The position numbers and the translations under genes were made by a program. The notes under the pieces were generated by a model, which saw only the letters and a list, made by a program, of their open reading frames with translations, was not told the origin of the DNA and did no database searches. A stretch of 61,918 nt of DNA, filler included, from Sphacelaria rigidula (lineage: Eukaryota), in the NCBI GenBank assembly GCA_964200075.2. It is 4 parts of 4 records of this genome, joined end to end, with 100 filler letters (N's around TTAATTAATTAA, not from the genome) between each part and the next. Parts side by side here need not be neighbours in the genome. Positions count along the whole stretch, not along the records: positions 1 to 15,406 come from CAXNAA020001764.1; 3 more parts are not named here. One strand, 5' to 3'. Positions 1 through 14,157 of the stretch are shown one piece after another. Numbering within the stretch: position 1 is the first letter of the stretch; each line of letters opens with the position of its first letter.

Positions 1-96
1 ATGAGGTCGTCCATGTGAAATTCATTGGTCATGGCTTTAGGTCAGGAAAAGCACTCTTTTCGAGTTGAAACTCAATAACGAATCCAGGCTGTTGTT

Positions 97-480
97 ATAT
101 CTCAACCCATGATCCATGATCGGAGGGAAACCAAGAGGAAAATTTCAGGAATATTTCACGGAATAGGCCTTAACCACCTCTTGTGTGCATGTTATTTTCT
201 TTTTTCTGTTACTGGCCAGTGTTCGCGTGGACCTTGCAGTTCATCCGAGCTATCGTTTGTTGGATTTGACGTCAACACGCCGTAGATATGGCATGCCATA
301 TCTCAACCCCTGATCCGTGATGGGAGGGAAACCAACAGCAATATTTCAGGAATATTTCACGGAATGGGCCTTGACTTTTTGTGTGCTTGCTATTTTTGTT
401 TTACCGGCCATTGTTCGCGTGGACCTTGCGGTTCATCCGAGCTATCGTTGGTTGAAATCGACCCCAAAATGCTCGAGCTA
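97..480. repeat. Two diverged ~200 bp direct tandem copies
   Basis: atatctcaaccc.tgatcc.tgat.ggagggaaaccaa...tttcaggaatatttcacggaat.ggcctt...gttcgcgtggaccttgc.gttcatccgagctatcgtt occurs at ~97 and again at ~297. Confidence 0.85.
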
Positions 481-1671
481 TGTCTTTCCATGTATCTGTT
501 CCTACTAACAATGTTCCCCCCCGTAAAGAATGGAACGGTCCCAACGAGCAGAACAAGTCATTCCAAGGCGTCAGCATCCGTCTAGCCCTCGTTTAGGGCG
601 TAAATCGACGGAGAAGGGCCCAGGAGGCAGTTTTTGACAGGAATTTTGAACGGCTCCCAATAGAGTTGGCCTAATAAGACACCCTCTCATTCTGCCCCTT
701 TTCTTGTTGCTCCTGGACACGGGCTGGATTGTTGCAATCAGCTAATGTGAGATAATCAATCAATCAAGCAATCAGAGACCCGCCCGGCGATCAATCAACA
801 CCCGCCCGACGATCAATCAACATGCTGCTGTTGGGTGCTTGTTTTCCTCGCTTATTTTCCTTGTCTCGAAAAGACACGGCCTTACCGCCGTTTAGAGCAG
901 TTACCAGCCGGTAGTTACCGCAAATCGTACTGCTGCTCTGCTGTAGGCGTGTTTGGTCTGTGCTCTACAGTGCTGTGTTGCCGTGAAAAAGGAGGGGGGC
1001 GTGATAAAGTGAGCGCGGTGAACTTGTTCCCCTGTACTTTGCAATCCAGTACCTACCGCCCAACCCTGTCACTGGTAATAATCGACTTTCCACCAGTTGC
1101 ATGAGGTCCCTCCTTGTAGTAGTCACTGGAACGGAACCGACCTCTGGACCCCTTGAGCGCCAGGTAGGCCGTAAGCCCCACAAATGTAGTAGAGTTTACA
1201 CCAGGTCGGCTACAATTTACAATTTACCCCATGGTTGATACTATTTTATTTAAACTGCGAAAATGTAGATTCAAATCTTTAGTGAGGTTGACAGTCCCGA
1301 GTGCTCCCAGCATGCAGAATGCATTTCAACCCTTTTGGGACCGAACTCCCAGAAATCAGAAACAGAATGACGTTCGCACTCATCAGGGGGGGGTTGTTAC
1401 TCGGTGTCATCGTCAGTCTTTATCAAGTAAAAATGACGCCGATTCACTACACCCTTGCGTGCAAACACCATTTTTCTGGGAGTGTGAGTACTATCCCAAA
1501 AGGGTTAATCGAAATCGGCGCCACAGGTACCGATTGACGTCTGCCAACGCACAGTTTGCCTATCGAACCCTTTGTACCCCCTCGCCCGAGGGTTCTCAGT
1601 ATGCCTGGGGTTCGGGGGGTTCCGGGAGGGTTAGGGTCGGTGATATTTATATAAAAGTTCAAAAATTTATC

Positions 1672-1779
1672 AACCCATTGACCACAAGGTTAAGGTTAGC
1701 TGCTGAATCGGCATCAATATCTACTTGAAAAAAGTATGCGTAATCCGGGTGGCCTACCCGCACCGCTCTATAAGGATTA
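1672..1779. mobile_element. ~110 bp mini-element, copy 1 (degenerate AACCC...GGGTT termini, piggyBac-like MITE)
   Basis: Shares the core ctgctgaatcggcatcaat...ga.aaagtat with copies at 2115-2221, 18063-18171 and 21955-22058. The termini resemble TTAACCC/GGGTTAA but are degenerate. Confidence 0.5.
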
Positions 1780-2114
1780 AATGCGATTGTACAATAGCCG
1801 ACTGGGGTCAAGCCGACCTCGACAGATAAGGCACGCCATAGACGTGCCAAGTTAGGCATGCGCAACGAGGCCCACCGCAGGCGGAAATTGTGGGGTGAAA
1901 AAAATCCAAGGTATAAGCCCCCCTTCACGAATGTGTGCAGTTTACACGTGTCTCACTCCATACCTGAAATGCCTTTTATGGACAAGGCAAAATGCCTCTG
2001 GGGAATTGTCTTACACTTGCTCTAACCCCATCTGAACCATGCATACTATTATCAAGTGAAATCGATGCCTATATAACAGATGGCCTACTCTCTGTCATTC
2101 GCCGTCCAAAGGGT

Positions 2115-2221
2115 AACCCTTGGACCGTGAGGATAGGTCACCTGCTGAATCGGTATCAATATTCACCTGAGAAAGGCATGCGTGATCCAGATGGACTACC
2201 CGCACCGCGATCTAAGGGTTA
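2115..2221. mobile_element. ~110 bp mini-element, copy 2
   Basis: aacccttggaccg...cctgctgaatcggtatcaat...ctaagggtta; homologous to 1672-1779 and 21955-22058. Confidence 0.55.
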
Positions 2222-5200
2222 AAATTACTTTCGCCTTCAATGCACGATTAACTCGTAGACGATACGGCGTCACGGCTCATTCTTCATCGCCCATAAGCAA
2301 GCGTGTTGTATGGGAGCACTCGCGGAGCAGCGGTCTGGAGATGGTTGAACAGCAGAACCTCTACGCGCGTTCTATTGCGGATGTCTGAGTATGCGATGCT
2401 ACATACCCCTCATAAATTATGATGCGTAAACGTCTGTATCTCAAAAGCTTCTCACACGCACCCGGGGACACGTTTTCGCCGCCTTTCGAGGAAATTGCAA
2501 TTTCTATTTCGAGGTGAAACTCGAAAGCAATTTCCAATAATGTTGCCTTTTAGACCCTTGGTTTACCTCAACGACGCATGTTGTGCTTGTTTCATCTTCG
2601 ATCCGCCAAGAAATGGGGCGGTAGTTACCCGTTTTTAGAAATCGCATAACATGATTAGAATCAAGACGTCGAGACAGCACACTTCGTGCGGTCAAGCACG
2701 CGATTGTGTGCAAATACACGCCGCTGATGTTCGTCCGATACGGAACGAATCGCGCTCGACCAAAGCGTCTAGCACTCTGATGAAGTCAGGCCATAGCTAT
2801 GGATATGCGCAATGCGCGCGGTGTGATGTGGATGTCTGTATGCGATGTGACATGCCCTCGTGTCCAGGAACCTGTTTATGTCCCCACTCATGTTGTCCAT
2901 ACACCCTCGCAAGATATATCAGGGCTCCATCAAATGGTACCGACCACATCGCAGTAGCAGCTCCGCACTCAGCATACGCCAACAGGGAAAAGATGCCAGT
3001 TGTTTTGTACTGAATAAACTTTTCATTCATCGTCCTGATAGGCCTACATGACGGAACATTTCTGACCGCCGCAGCAGGAGCTGGACAAGGACGGGCATTC
3101 ATTTGAGCTGCCTAGAGAGCTGTTTTCTCAGCTGTTTTCTCTCCTATCGTTAGAGCTCGTGTGTGGCATGTCGGCCTTCTATGCTTTGGCTCAAATCGGT
3201 GGCCGGGGTGCCGAATCGGCGACGCGATTGACAAATGATGCTATCGTGAATTGAAGAATCGGATTTTCGGGGCCAAATCGCGACAAACCTACCCCCTACA
3301 GACAGAACCGGCACAAACGGAAGGTACACAGACATGGTCGAAGCTAAGTGTGCTACACTTGCTTGTGGGCGTGGAGTTTGATGCTCTCACCCATTCGTTA
3401 GTCGGCTAAACCGCCGCTGTCCGAACCGTCACCATGTTACCGTCTGCTGTTGTGAGCCTCTATAAGTACAGCAGTTGTTCACTGAGTGAGAGTGCTTTTT
3501 ATGTGTCGCAGGAACCGAATCAACCAAGGATCCACGTTTCAAATGTTTCGATCAGAGTATAGTAGACCAACAACCAATAAACACCAGAAAGAAATAATGC
3601 AAAAAATGCGGAGCAAATTCGCATCGACAAATTACAAATAACCGTAGCCAACAAGGACAAACCGAAGGATACTTGTGTAGGTGCGTAGTCCTTGTGCTCA
3701 CCGCTTTGCCGGCCGTTTGTGGATCGCGCGGTGCTATATCTTCTAGCGTGTACTGCTGTTTTGTGCGCAGTCGGTCACTATTTTTGAACTGTAGAGATTT
3801 GAGGTTGTGAGAGTGTTGTAGCTACATACAGGTATCTGCACAGGGAGGTGAGTGCACCGACTGGCTCTCAATTCTCCATTCAGTACTGCTCGTAGTTTAC
3901 TGTTGTACCAGCCTGAACTGACCTTGCACACTTACAGGCGGCGGCTCACCTCGCCGCAGACCTCCCGAAAGCCGTAGCCAGATCTATGATGCTAGTAGAC
4001 CCTAGCAGTGCAGGTGTTGATGATATGTGTAGACAGTGTCCTTTACGTACCCGGAGTATCTGCAAGGCATGAAGAGGTAAGTGTCATATGTCATCACGCA
4101 TGGGATAGCGGCAAGACTCCTGTCACCGGCTTCCCACAAACGGGAACTGATTGGATATTGATTCTGGGATGTATAATCCGCATTCATGATTATTATCACG
4201 CATTGGTCTCGGAACAATTATCCTTACCTTCACCGCTGCCTTGACTGTGCGTCCCACAGTACAGACAGTCTGCTTGCCTTACAAGACGCCGCTCGCGTGC
4301 CGAGCAAAAGGTGAGGCTACTGTCTGTTGAACTGCAAAATATTGACATAGATATTCTTTCTCTTTGGATGGATCAAGAACCAGGCTGTCGTGCGAGCAGC
4401 TGCAAATATTGTGCAGCTGCAAGCGAACATGATCACACTGCATTGTACCGACTGTCTGTTGCGCTGTTGTAGAGACTGCAGTGAACTGGACTACTGTACG
4501 CAACAGACAGCACAGTAAAGTAGTTCTACTGTTGCGTGTGTATCCAGACGGTACAGTTGTACGGTAAAAGGAAACACAGGAAGTTTTCGTTCTGTTCTCG
4601 TACTACTATTATATGTCCATTGCGTGGTCAATGCCGACAGTCAAGGCACGCTTAGTGCTGTCGCTGAGATGTAGTGTTGCGCTTTTGCTCAAGCCTCACC
4701 AAGGGTGGCGCATGCTGCGAAGTTCTGTAAGGCCATGTCCAATCATTTTCTTTCGACTTTGCACGAGTTCGTGCGGCGGAATTGATTCAGTTCGTTTTGA
4801 TGTGTTTGAGTCCGAGCGAATATACACGCTTGCTTTGGATCGAAAAGGCTACACGAAATTCGTGGAGCGGTACTTGTTTACTCGTTTTTAATACAAACAG
4901 CAGTGCAGAAAGTATGCAGACAGCACTTGCTTCCTGTGCATGGTGTATTTCGTACAGCGTGCAGGCGCGATATGGAAAAGAGGCGGGCAACGTGACATAC
5001 AGACAGCAGAACTGCCTGCACTCAGCATACAGGAGGATGTGAAGAGGATTTGAATGACATGCAGTGCAGTTTTGCACCGCGTTTTGCACCGCCTCTTCTG
5101 TCCATCGTCCATGAGCCTGTTCGCAATTCGGTTGCCCACCCCAACATCCAAGTCCGAAAGTGGACCCTACCACAAAATTAGATGACCAAGTTTTCGCCAA

Positions 5201-5387
5201 CGAAAAAAAAACGCGTCAAGCCTAAAGGTGGAATCTGGCATGGTTGTCGTGTAACATAGGAGTCATGTGCCACCAAAGGGTATGACATATCTACCATAGG
5301 GTGTGCACTTGTTTCGATTCCGAATATCCTATACAAACACTCAGATGGAAGAAAAATAAATATTTTTTGGGCTGTGACATCAGGTGA

Positions 5388-6089
5388 CATGGTGTAGGAG
5401 CGCTTTTGTAGGTAGAACATGACAATGTAGACGGGGCATGGACAACAGTTTGGCCGATGGGTGCGACCCACTACAGCCGCCAGCGCTGTAGTTGCAGCCA
5501 ACGAGGGACCGCAAGAAGTGACGAGGAGCAACTGCGCTACGTTTGCAAGCATCTGAGCAAGTGGAATCTCCTCATTTCATCCGGTGAGTGGCAAGGTCGG
5601 GGCCCCCAGCGGCAGGTGTGCGCTCTACAGACAGCAGTCGGCACCCGCATGTCCCCGCCCAGAAGCGAGTGCATCCGAGTCCCTTTGATCAAAGGTCTGC
5701 AACGCCTGCGCCGTCTCGTTCTGTATATAGTTGGCCGACGCTGTGCAAAATTTGGGGTCAACCGACCCGTGCAGTGTGGAGAACGGCGTGTAATCTTGAA
5801 ATTAACCCCTGCAGGATCTTGCGGCATCATCCACGACCCTGCCAAAGGGTGAAACGAGAGCTCATTTTCGCTAGTTTGCAGGCACGAGAAGTGCAGCCGT
5901 ATCGTGCTGCGTTTGTGTGCAAGATTGTTAGGGCACAAGTTTTGCAGGCTTCATGTCCTTGTAGACTTCGTGTCGTGTATCGTGTATGTGTGTTGTATCG
6001 CTTACCCTTTGTATTGGGGTGACGTGGTCCGTCTATGTAGCGCTGTAGTGGACTGTTATGTTCTGTACTGTACTTTACTGTTGTACTAC
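5388..6089 (+). repeat. ~700 bp dispersed repeat, left copy of an inverted pair (TIR-like, solo-LTR-like or retroposon)
   Basis: Highly similar to the reverse complement of 14573-15244; the shadow ORFs 5588..6022 and 14619..15044 are near-identical. Begins near TGTAG (5393) and ends in a CTGTA-rich tail finishing CTACA. Confidence 0.9.
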
Positions 6090-6110
6090 AGATGCTGCAC
6101 CAAACGCGGA

Positions 6111-6274
6111 GGGCAATCGCCGAAAGACTGGTATACCGCTCGCATTTTCGCCAAAACCCGGTATAGCTGAAGATGCAAAAAAAAATGCAACGTGTACTGC
6201 CACCTGATTGACGAAATCACGCCGCCAACGGACTGGCGAAAATACAAGCGGTATAACGGTTTTGGCAATTGCCC
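6111..6274. mobile_element. Small MITE with ~45 bp terminal inverted repeats
   Basis: gggcaatcgccgaagactggtataccgctcgcattttcgcca versus tggcgaaaatacaagcggtataacggttttggcaattgccc. No clear TSD. Confidence 0.7.
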
Positions 6275-9200
6275 AAATAGCGACCAAAGCGTCGCCGACT
6301 CTGCGTGATAGCACCGAAGGTATGTGCTCACGACGTCGCGCCGTAGATGTCCCACGCTTTCCTATCCATGTCGGTACATGTTGACGGGAGTTGATTGCTG
6401 CTGTCGTTAACCCAGTTCAGGTGTGAATGACCTCCTCTGCGTAACATGCAGGACATTCTTGAGCACTGATCTACGCACATCCGAGCTGGGCCGGGTTCGC
6501 GCAGGAACCCGACGAAGGAGTAGGCCATGGCAACTTGGTGCGTACCTTTCATGGGGAACAGCGCCAGAATTCACCCAGTAACCGGGGCAACATCGACTTC
6601 CTGGTTGATCTGGGAGGGCGGTATCGGTGTTGTCTAACCAGCGCTGCCGAGGGAAAGACGCCACCAACATCTCCTACTGGGACTGTGTCGCCCATGTGAC
6701 TGGACCCAGGGGGGTGAATTAGATTACACCGGAGGACACGTCCCGGTCCCCACGGGCCAGCAGTCGTAGTGGAAACTTGTGATAGGGGAGGCATCTTGGC
6801 CGGCAAGTGCATTTGGACACGGGTGGAGTTCACGCATAGTTCGCCATAGCGCGTGGACTACAAGTGGGTTGTCGATATAGCTTTGCCGACGCAATCTGTT
6901 TTTTTTCGGTGATGCCAGGGTTAAGGATTCCATTGGTGTGGGTAGACGACTTTCCATGGGGACGAATCTCGATTCAGTCCGGACCCCAATCTGTGAGGAG
7001 TTGGGGGAATCATGTTTGCTAAAATCAGATCCGTGGGGACCTTTTGTAGTCTCACAGATTTGTGAGCTAGTTTTGTACACGGACGGTCATTTTTTAGTGA
7101 GTGCGGTATCACGTACTAGTGAAGCCGAAGAAGAGCAGACAGACGGTGAATCAACCTTCGAGTACAGTGTCGGACCATGGCACCCTCCATCACCACCGTA
7201 ATACACGGTAATGCCGTGTCGTAATAAACTATGGCACAGTCGCGGTATTGCGAGAAGAGTAAACAGTGTGCAACAAAGGTTCGGTAGTGCAGTGCCGTAC
7301 ATCACCCTGCAAGTACAGCGACAACAGATAGAACAGTTTAGTACTGTTGGTTATGGTGATACACACGGCAGCGCAGTGCAGCTGAAATATGACCATCGCC
7401 GCCGAGTGCGGTGTCAACACTTCTTATCCGCTTGTCAAACCCATGCGAAGTTTCTGCAGCGGCGGGCGGAGAGGCACGGCCTGCGCTGTCACAAGGCTGT
7501 CTGCTGCTGTGGTCGCAAAATATCAGACATCTGTTGCCTTGTCGCCGTACGTCACTGCACGTATGTCTCTTCATACAGATTGGGTTGAACTCAACTTTCC
7601 CCCGATTTTTCGCCAAATCGGGGGAAAACGTTTTCAATTCGTGACATTCTCGGTTTGAGCTTCCCCGATCTGGTCCACATTGGGGTACGTAGAATGCGTT
7701 TCCCGACTCGAGGTTCCCCGATCTACGTACGGGTCGAGATTTGGTGACTGCCAGAAAAAACTGTCTCACCCCTCGCGCCTACAGCGACAGATGAGTCTAT
7801 CACTGCCCAAGTCGGCTAAGTTATGATGAATGGAGTACACTGGCAAGTTGCGGGTCGTGGTTGACACTCTGTTTCTTTCTGTTGAACCCCGTTCCATCGT
7901 TGATGTTTATTATGCATCTCGCTGTACGTTTCCGTGTCTGTAATTCCGTCGGTGACATCGCAAGCATGAGCACGTTGGTATGCCCGCTGTGGCCGGTGTT
8001 ACCACCGTAGACTCATGTTGATCCTTGTTTGGCCGCCTGATGCCACTTGCTATGTTCAAGAGGTGAAACACATGTAGAAAATTGCCTCGTTGGTCCTGCA
8101 CGGTCATTTCACGCCGGTAAAGAGGGCGAGGCAGGTGTTTGCACCTTGAAATTACTTGCCACGGTTGCTGACACGCTTCGTAGACACGGTTTCGTTATCC
8201 GGTTGCGATTATTTTTACGGTTGCGTTTCCATCATCAAACGGTCACGTCGACAAGAACCTGGCAGTTCCGTGTTGCATATTCTTTGTCGGCTCCAATATT
8301 GTTCAGAAAAAAGTTGTAGGAAGAAAATCAACTGCTGCCATCTTAAGATTCCGGGGTGTATTGGCACAGTCTTTTCTTCGGGGCAATATCCGCTTCCGAG
8401 GTAAGCCAGCCTCGGACTGGATGTGCGCGGTGCAGGTCCATACTTACTTCACACTCGAGGGTCGGAATTTCAAATTCGACGTACAGAATGGGCACCACGT
8501 GATAGCTGAAACGGTTCGGGATATGAACACTTCGTTTCGCCATGAGTTAGGCAACGCAAACGACATCCCTTCTTCACGACAATATCCGAAAGTCATGAAA
8601 CAGTTCGCTATATATATATGTGTGTGTGTAAATATATATGTATATATTGTCAAGCTCCCTTCATTCTCCATGCCAAATGTGAGAATCTGAACCTCAAGGT
8701 GGAGATGATGATGGGCGCTTCACAGTGTGGACATGCCGATTTTCGAAACGATTTTATGTAGGCCATCCACCACCCCCGTTTTTGTGATTGTTGTATGACA
8801 TGCTATATGGAGAATCGCTAGGGCGTGGTAAACATGAACGAAAATGACCCACGTGAGTTATTTTTCACGAGATGAGGACCTCCTAGTGTAGCAATGACAG
8901 TGCCATGCCCATGACGTTCTTAGCTCACAAAGCAAAACCCAAAAGTGAAGACCCGCCTGGGTGGTGTTCACCATGTGCCCTTGCGATTCGCCCTACGAAT
9001 TTTGACAAGCAGAGAAACTGATTTGAGGAAGAAAAGCTATGCACATTCATCACGGAGCTATCCTTCGCTCAAATTTCCATGCCCCTCAACCCTCCCTTTA
9101 TATATTGCCTCCACCATCCCCTACCAGAGTTGAAAGAACCGCTCCTTTTTTGACACTCGAAAATGAAATTTAGTACGTGTTGTGTGCGTGCACGGGAGAT

Positions 9201-11384
9201 GTTGAGCCAGCTGTGAAAAAATATGAACGCCATACCCCGAGGGAAGTAAAGGAGTTAGGTGCAGGCGCAGGTATCGATCCTTCGCCCGTCCTGCAGGAAA
9301 AAAATAACGCCAACAGTCATCACTCGCTATACGCGCCGATAGTGGTTCCAAATAAACTCGAGTTACATTGCATCTCCGCACGTATGTAGCGTTACGCCAA
9401 CAAGAGAAGTCAAAATTGTTTGTGTTCGCCGCTTACTCAAGGCATTCTGTATGATTAAAAGTAGTAGCCATTCCACACAATAAACTTGGATGTGGAGATC
9501 TTCCGCACGAGAACTGTGGGAGCTGAGATCCGTTTTCAGGCTGGCCCAGCTCGTGCAGTCATTTCGGTCTACATCAGGATATATATGGCGTATTGTCGGA
9601 CTCGGCGATCTTCAACAGCTTTCCTAGCGCGTCGTTGTTCATCGCACTGAGCGCTCGACCTCAGGATGTGGGGATGGGCAGATACTACGCGCCCGTTCCA
9701 CATCCCGCAACAAAATGAAAGATTTCCGCTTTTTGTTGCAGGACTTGAACCATTTTTTCATGGAAACTGATCTGTATTCGTACAGACGTGATGATTTCAG
9801 ACTGTCTGCCGGCGATTTTCTCCCGTGGTTTGATTTCAAGGACTTAGATACTACGGGCAATGTTTCGCGGCTAACTGTGAGAAGACCATATCAAATCTCC
9901 GATTCTCTGGACGTTGACTTTTGGCATGTCAGGCTCATGTTGAACACCGGACAATCCTGAATCTGTGCAGATTTTGGGCACAGATCTGTATGGATTCGGA
10001 AGTGCCCCGGTTTGATTGGAAAGGTAACACTCAACGTGGAGATAATTGATGCCATTTTGTCACATGTAACCGAAAAATATTCCACGAAAAAAAGTCGCCT
10101 AAACAGGAACTGAAATTCTTAATTCCGTATAACTACAGTGGTGTTTTTGGCCATTTTTGGGATCAACGACATTTACTTATATCCAGGTCTCGCGCAATAA
10201 ATAGCTACAGAAAGTTACAAGAGTCTGTAACAGAACAATGCTACGGTAGGGGTGCACTTTTTTCGCAAACTACTGTCTGGTTCAGGGGCTCGTAACCATT
10301 CTAGATGCACCAGAATATGGGTCGGGGTATCCCCGTTTGCAAATTTCATTCGGGATGTCCCTAGCACATTGAAATAGTAATCCTGGCGTGCCCTCACATA
10401 TTTCATAACTCCGAACAATTCTAGACTCAGAAATATTCGTGCACCCCAACCGTAGCATCACTCAACATTTGGTGCTCGGGATTCTACCTTTCGCCCCGTC
10501 TTATCGTGGTGATATGGAGTACGAATGCCGTGTAAAAGGTGGGTGTTATCGACCATCAGTGGTCCCATAAACACGATTTCCCGGCTATTGGGCGACGAAC
10601 AGTAGACTATAGTAGCAATGCCCAGTATTTGCTCCACGAGAATGATCGGGATTGTTTAAATCGAACGAAAACGCCAAAATGTGAAAACCCGGGGCTGCAT
10701 AGTCGCAGGACGCCCGAGGGCCGGTCAGCCCATAGGTCGTCCGATATTGTACATCGATGATCCTCATTACGGTATGTTGCACAAATATACCCTGATCCCC
10801 AATCTTTGGGAGGAATCGTGCACTGCGATAGGCGGTCACAGGCGAGGAAAACCTGTTGGAAATCGCCGACGGCGAAAACAATGATTGAAGTGGAACCGAC
10901 TCTGTTTCACACGATGTACCGTGCGTGCAGTATCCGTCTTGAGGATAAGCACTCATCTTCAAATACCCCAATATGAAACACGTGGGGGTTATTATGCAAA
11001 ACTTATACAAACCAGCCCCGATTCCTTGGTAATTTGTTGCGCATGACAGCTCGCCACTTGAACATCTACCGTAGCAAGTGCGACGTGCTCCGAGATTTTG
11101 GTAGCCGAGATAGATATCTGGTGGCTGTCGTGTCACTTCTGAAACATATGAGTTACCCCTAGTGGTCACGGTGTGTCCCACACGCATGCCCTACACACAC
11201 AGCCGTCACCAAAAGTTCACAGACACACTACTTGAGCGACAGGTCAGAAAACAATGCACACCACGCTAACCCTAACAGACGCGAATCAAGCGCGGCCATG
11301 CGTACATTTGTGGTGGGTGAACCTTACATCACCGTACTCTTCACACGATCGAGCAGGCGAAATATAATTCATCAGACATAGGGT

Positions 11385-13085
11385 TCCCCCTACCGTTGCT
11401 AACCTACGTCGACATCCACGGCTTCCATGGCCGATGCTGCCCGGACGTCGTCGAAATTCTCCGACACTTCACTGCCCTCCCCAGGAGTGACAATCCCCGG
11501 CACCAGGTGATGAAGCTGCGCTCATGGGCGTATTTTTGGGGCCTTCCTCTGAACCTTGAGGCTACCCACCACCACCTGGGTGTGGTCCCTCAACAGGCCG
11601 ACTGTGAGCTTCCCGAAGGACACCTCGGTCAACTTCACCGCAAGCAGAGCTGCCTCCGCGCCAGCGCGATTCTGTCAGTGCCACCCGAAGCACCACCGCC
11701 GCCCCTGTTCGCAGGCGGCGCTTCAGGCTTGGCGGCAACGGGGGCGGCCTTCAACGTTGCACGCAAAGCCTGCCGCGTGGCTTTCTCTCTCCTAATCACC
11801 TGCAATATTCGGCGAATCGCACGTTGTGAAACGTCTGCAGCGAAGAAGTCGCACGCTGCTTGCTCAGCACCAGGGTTGTAGTTCCACTCCGGTGTGGCAC
11901 GAACCCACTGCTGCAGAATATATGGTTTCAAAAAAGCATGGCAGCACCCGAGGTCCCAATGCTGCATCAGTGTGTAAAATTCCCCACCGCGCGCCGGAGA
12001 ACTTGCGCGATACCGACTCAGTGTCAACGCATCCATGGGGTACCTGAACTCGACCATGTTGACATCCTCGATGACAGTAACCAGCTTGTCGTTCGTGGCC
12101 TGGAAGACGCCAACACATGGTAAGACACGAGGGTGGGGCGCGGGTAACAGATGTGTCCTGTTAGTATTGGAGCATATAAAGACAGGAGAGGTGAACCATG
12201 AGGACAGAGCCGGCATCAGGCGGAACCACGATCGCCAAAGAGCGAGGTTGTATGGACCAATTACCTTCGGTTTGTGTTACGGCAAAGACAGGGAAGAGGC
12301 ATACTAATTGGAACTTGCCTGCTCGATGGATAGATGGAAGATCGCCAGGGCCTGCTTCGCTCTGGGGGTTGGGTAGTCAGCGCCGGAGTTATGAAAATGG
12401 GCTAACGTCGCCGCCTTTACCGTCGGCTGGATGACAAACGCTGACATCTCTTCATGACGTCCGTTTTGGCGCTGCTTCGTGAATCTCGACGCTCGTGTTG
12501 AGTTGGCGGGACCCCTCATAACGGTCCGCCGTGATGCAATAAGTTTATGCCAGATACGTCGAATCTTTCAGGGAGTCGCGGCAAGGCCCAGCACGGCTGT
12601 CGCTAGGGGTAGCAACCGCTGGATTTCTTCCGCACAACGTTCGCGCACTTTCCTCATCACTGTGTCGTACCGTGGCCCACGACAGGGAGGTTCCGAATAT
12701 TTTTGTCGATGATCATCTTGAACTCCTGACAGGACTTCAACAACGGTGTGCGTGGGCGAGAATACAGTACGCCGATAAGTTCCAGTGCAGTCATGGGGCG
12801 ACCTCGTGGGCGACAAGTGCTGTAAGCGAAAACCTGGAGGGGTGAACTTGCCGTTGGCGGGTGAACGCAACAGGCAGAATAATTTACCAATGCATGCCGA
12901 TAATCACGGATCCTCGCCGCGGACCGAATGCCCTGCACGAGTGCGGCACGTGATGTGAACTCATGGATATTGGTACCGCCGGGTATACCGTAAAACGGGG
13001 ACCTGGGGTTGTACCAAAACGAGTTAAATCGAATGCAGGTGGTTCGACTTATCGAATGTGCAGAAGTTTTTTTTGCACATTTCAT
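11385..13085 (-). pseudogene. Decayed, probably spliced coding region of unknown function
   Basis: Protein-like stretches in changing frames (IRFNSFWYNPRSPFYG; ATNDKLVTVIEDVNMVEFRY...PEWNYNPGAEQAACDFF; AVKLTEVSFGKLTVGLLRDH) interrupted by stops and frameshifts. Acceptor-like tcttccag near 12100. No family recognised with confidence. Confidence 0.35.
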
Positions 13086-14157
13086 CCGCCGGGGCTAGGA
13101 GCTGGGCCAGCCAACAATGGGTGGTTTTCTCACTCAGGCGACGCACGGCGCGATATTAGGAGTTGGACGCTGAAATTTTGACAGCAGCTTTTTATGATCA
13201 AAATGCAGAAGATCATGTCAGCAGCAAAGAAAAAAAGGGGGAAAAAAAAAAGAAGTTATGGGCATTTGAAATTTCAGCAAAAACAAGATAATGTCATAAG
13301 TCCAGCAAAGAAATGAGAATCTGCAGCTTCTCACGTGAAGTATCATTTCCTTGGGTGCAGAAGGTCTTCCTGAAATTTCAGCTCAAGAGTCGTCGAATTG
13401 GGCCGTGCGTGCAACATTTTCCGTGACGCTGCTGCACCCCGCTAATACCCAGTGCGGGGTGATTTTTGACGTAAACTCGCCGCATAACAGACACACACTC
13501 CCGACACGCTAACGCTCAACGATATGAGACGCACCCGGTACTCTACGCAGTACAATAACGTCATCGTCAATACGACGCCAATCGAACAGCGATGCAGTCC
13601 TTTGCCATTAGGTGGGTCTGCAGTTCAGAGTGATATGCTTACATCAGGTTCATTCGGGATACTGCAAAAGCTGTGGTGTGAACAACTCTTAGCCGCTTTC
13701 AAGCTGGCCCAGCGCATAGCGGCAGGAGGATTGACGGACGTCATGACGTCGTTCATCTACGGCGACACGAGTCATTATTCTCGCAGCGTTATCGATGTGC
13801 ATATAACGATGCAGTCACCTCTGATGATCGGTTGCACGGCCGACGCGCTCGATTTCGAGTTTCACTACCTCACCTCCAAACAAACGGGGCCAACACCGCT
13901 GGTGTTGGCCGCATGCATATCTTCAGTATTCATGGGGGTTATCCTTCGGAGTGTAGACTGCTCCCTGCGTCAACGGTCCGAGTTGGGGGTGCGGTGCAGG
14001 TGGATACAAAGGGCAAAGTGAGCGGTGTACCGTTGTGTGTTGTTGTCACCCGTGCGGAGGAGTTGTTGCAGCCGTTGGGCAGTATAGATGCTATCGCGCG
14101 GAGTCATGGAGGCGAAGGTCCCTAGCTCGTGCGGCACAGGGTGTACAAGAGGACAGG

